Source: Octopus bimaculoides
Lineage: Eukaryota
Reading direction: 5' to 3'
Assembly: GCF_001194135.2 (NCBI RefSeq)
Contig: NC_068993.1
Location: 27,069,393-27,106,504 of the forward strand
DNA length: 37,112 nucleotides
Part shown: positions 34,560-37,112 of the stretch, in pieces
How positions within the stretch are numbered: position 1 is the stretch's first letter
How the letters are laid out: each line of letters opens with the position of its first letter
Notes under the pieces: generated by a model
Databases searched by the model: none
What the model saw: the letters and a program-made list of their open reading frames with translations, nothing else
What the model was told of the DNA's origin: nothing
Made by a program: the position numbers and the translations under genes

Positions 34560-35700
34560 GCACAGCCATCAGGTGCGACTCTCCCCCCGAAGTGAAGGGT
34601 CCAGATTCACCCAAATCAAGGGAATTCTTCAAGGTCCTGGTGACATCCCCGCTCAATCGACCCAGCTGCTGCTATCATTCCGAGAACTGATCCGATGAAG
34701 AGTCTGTCCCAGGTTGGATTCAACTCCAAGACTGACCCCAGAAGTCAACGTTCCACTGAGAGCCAGTCCGCGCAAAATGCTTAGTAAGCTTCTCCCTATT
34801 AGAAGCATCTAATACTCTACACATTAGGAGCCATAGAACAGGACAGTTTGATGGTACTTTTGTTGAATATACCATGGTATCTATGTTGCGGAGGAAGGGC
34901 ATTCTCGAAGATCGGGAAAAAATTCTAGGGATGTTCGTTTTTACATTAGAAGAGGGAGACAGACCGGACATAATTAACTGCCTCTGCCTTCTCCTCTTAC
35001 TCCCAGAGTGCAGTATGAAAAGATCTTCAATGACCCGTCGGGCTAAGCGCCTGATGTCGAAACGCGCCCCGTGTGATAGAGGAAATAGGGCCCATTGATC
35101 CAACCACACCACAATGGACAGGTCCGGATTTCCTGCGGGGCCTGATGAGCTAGGTCACCTCTCGAGAGGTCTTATTGTCACCGTGGTGAGTAGACAACCC
35201 TACCATCCTATTGAGGTTTGCAGCTGGACCAGGGGTTACTTGATCTACTTTGGGTATACTATTGTTCCTAACAATCTCCCCGGTATTCTTAATAAATAAA
35301 TAATCGTTAAGGGCTATTTTAAGCTTGATGTCAGAGATAAATTTAGTGCTATCTCTATAACCAGCCCTTCTGAGAGCCTTATATTATTCTGCGTTATTTT
35401 GGAATATACATTCATTGGCATAAAAACTGGAAACCCTAATGTAGGATGACAGAGCAGCTGCCGATCAACCTAACGGGGGATCTCACTAGGTTTGTGATAC
35501 GAAAAATATAGTCCCAGGTCCAAATCTAAGGTAAAAATCTAGAAAATTAACCCTTCTACTACACTTCTGCACTATAATTTGGCTTGTGCTCTGCACTCTA
35601 GCCTGTCTCGAGTTTGGTGCCCCGCATCTTATTCTACTGGATACCGGAGTGGATAGTGGAGCCGACTACTGAGCCCAAATTTGGTTGCGTGTCTCCCTCT
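34560..35700 (-). mobile_element. Divergent Penelope-like element, RT thumb/linker region (pseudogene)
   Basis: Across frameshifts: VNFLDF-TLDLDLGLYFSYHKP, RRRQRQ..SSNVKTNIPRIF and PPQHRYHGIFNKSTIKLSCSMAPNV, matching PLE motifs VNFLDVT..YRKP, RKRNIIWFNPP..NVKTN and HKIFNRNTIKISYSCMPN. Confidence 0.7.
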
Positions 35701-35708
35701 GTATATGT

Positions 35709-35709
<1 letters not shown>

Positions 35710-35768
<59 letters not shown>

Positions 35769-35785
35769 TGTGCGTGCGTGCGTAC
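35710..35785. repeat. (GT)n / (GTGC)n microsatellite
   Basis: Directly visible. Confidence 0.95.
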
Positions 35786-35871
35786 GTAAATTGACAAGAT
35801 AAGAGACGTGAGGTGAGCGAATAGATGTTTATTTCGTTATTTGACTGATGTTTCGTAACTTGTACCATATA

Positions 35872-35930
35872 TCTTTATCCTTACAAAAAGCAAAGTTTGT
35901 TTGTTTGTTCGCACGTTGACCGATGAAAAC
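35872..35930 (+). mobile_element. Possible Helitron-type 5' end
   Basis: A|TCTTTATCCTTACAAAAAGCAAAGTTTGTTTGTTTG resembles non-autonomous Helitron 5' termini. No matching hairpin-CTAG 3' end found. Confidence 0.35.
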
Positions 35931-37112
35931 ACTAAATAAAATTGATAATATTTCAGGTTTTTCGAGTCATTTAAATTAATTTGACCATTTCGCAGATAAC
36001 TGTGCACTTATTTTCCGAAAAGAGAATGGGGTGGCCGAGGTGGTGGTGTATTGACTCCTACTTCTAACAATCTGTAAACTCTATTTCACGGTACTGGTTT
36101 CTTTACAGATAGGGCATATCTACACAAGAGTGCCCCACCGAATTTGTTTCTTCATAACTTTAGGGAAAATGGATATTTTTGAATAGAATTTTCTTCAAAT
36201 ATGCTTCTAATGGCGTACATTTCAACTATTTAGGAATTTGTTGTGAAAACTTCTTTTCGCTCCTATCAAAGCATTCACTCTCTGAATGGAGAAGTTATAT
36301 AAAAAAAAAAGTAGACAATTGCAAATACTTTGGAAGACATATTTCCAAATCCAAGAGTGATGTGGAAATAACTTAACTGTTTGGATTAGATATGAAAATC
36401 TAATCTTCCGCGAAAAGCTTAAAATATACTTCTTCATATCTGCATATTTTATATTTCTATATAATTCGCTTCAGACCACGTCAGTGACAGGATCTTGAAC
36501 AAAGTTGCATAGGCTAATAAACGGATGTAACTGGGTACAAATACAATTGCGAAATGTCTATGCAGTAGAAGTGTGCTGTACATGCTGTATAATTGACTGT
36601 AGAAATAAAATATATGTAGATGTATTAATCTCCATATTTATTGTAATTATTTCGCTAAACTATTTATAATCCAGCAAAGCGAACCCAGGTTTTACCCGTC
36701 GGATGAAATACATTGGGATTGTTTATCTCAAGTAAACCTAGGTACTCCATACCACTCGAAGCGGTTAGCCATAACGGATTATAACTGAGTGCTCGAACGG
36801 TACCCGCCTGGATATTTTATCCCTATATATATATACAGTATAGTAAGCTGTCATAATAGAACTTAGAGTTTCAAATGCCGAAGCTAAAAGCTTCCGGGCA
36901 TTTTCATCGGCTATTTTTGACGATAAGCACTATGAGAAAAAAAAAAAACTTGAATAAAAGGGAAGTTACTCTATTAGGCATGTAAAAATATAAAAGATAT
37001 AAAATATAAAAATAAAAAATAAACTCAACTACATTCTCACTATAGATAGAAACCTACTTTCGTAAAAACTACACACGTACACACTCACACAGACATGTAT
37101 ATATATATATAT

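Noticed and set aside
34560-35300. GC-balanced, ORF-rich block initially suggestive of an endogenous virus or tyrosine recombinase (ARRV, CPV motifs)
   Set aside because: Frameshift-aware reading gives three ordered Penelope linker motifs; no viral or recombinase catalytic pattern holds up.

Overview
Repeat-saturated, AT-rich eukaryotic draft-assembly window with six N gaps (2632 nt, about 7%). The SINE and Penelope repeat types and the microsatellite density suggest an octopus or other coleoid cephalopod genome; this is an inference, not a database match. No intact, recognisable host gene is present. The window is mostly decayed mobile elements: mariner, hAT, Merlin, piggyBac and Helitron DNA transposons; Tx1/L1, R4/Dong-type, RTE and two Penelope-like retroelements; an internally deleted Gypsy LTR element with intact LTR/TSD/PBS structure; many tRNA-derived SINEs and MITEs. 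The most interesting structures are: (1) a tRNA-headed short element carrying a minimal hammerhead ribozyme fold, a Penelope-type tail and a head-to-head 5' duplication (24207-24753); (2) several fold-back or inverted-duplication structures (11931-12651, 14497-15345, 24828-25141); (3) trains of retroelements inserted into (TAA)n microsatellites; (4) a few low-confidence minus-strand exons of a possible host gene whose introns would contain all of this. All calls come from manual reading and translation; no searches were run.
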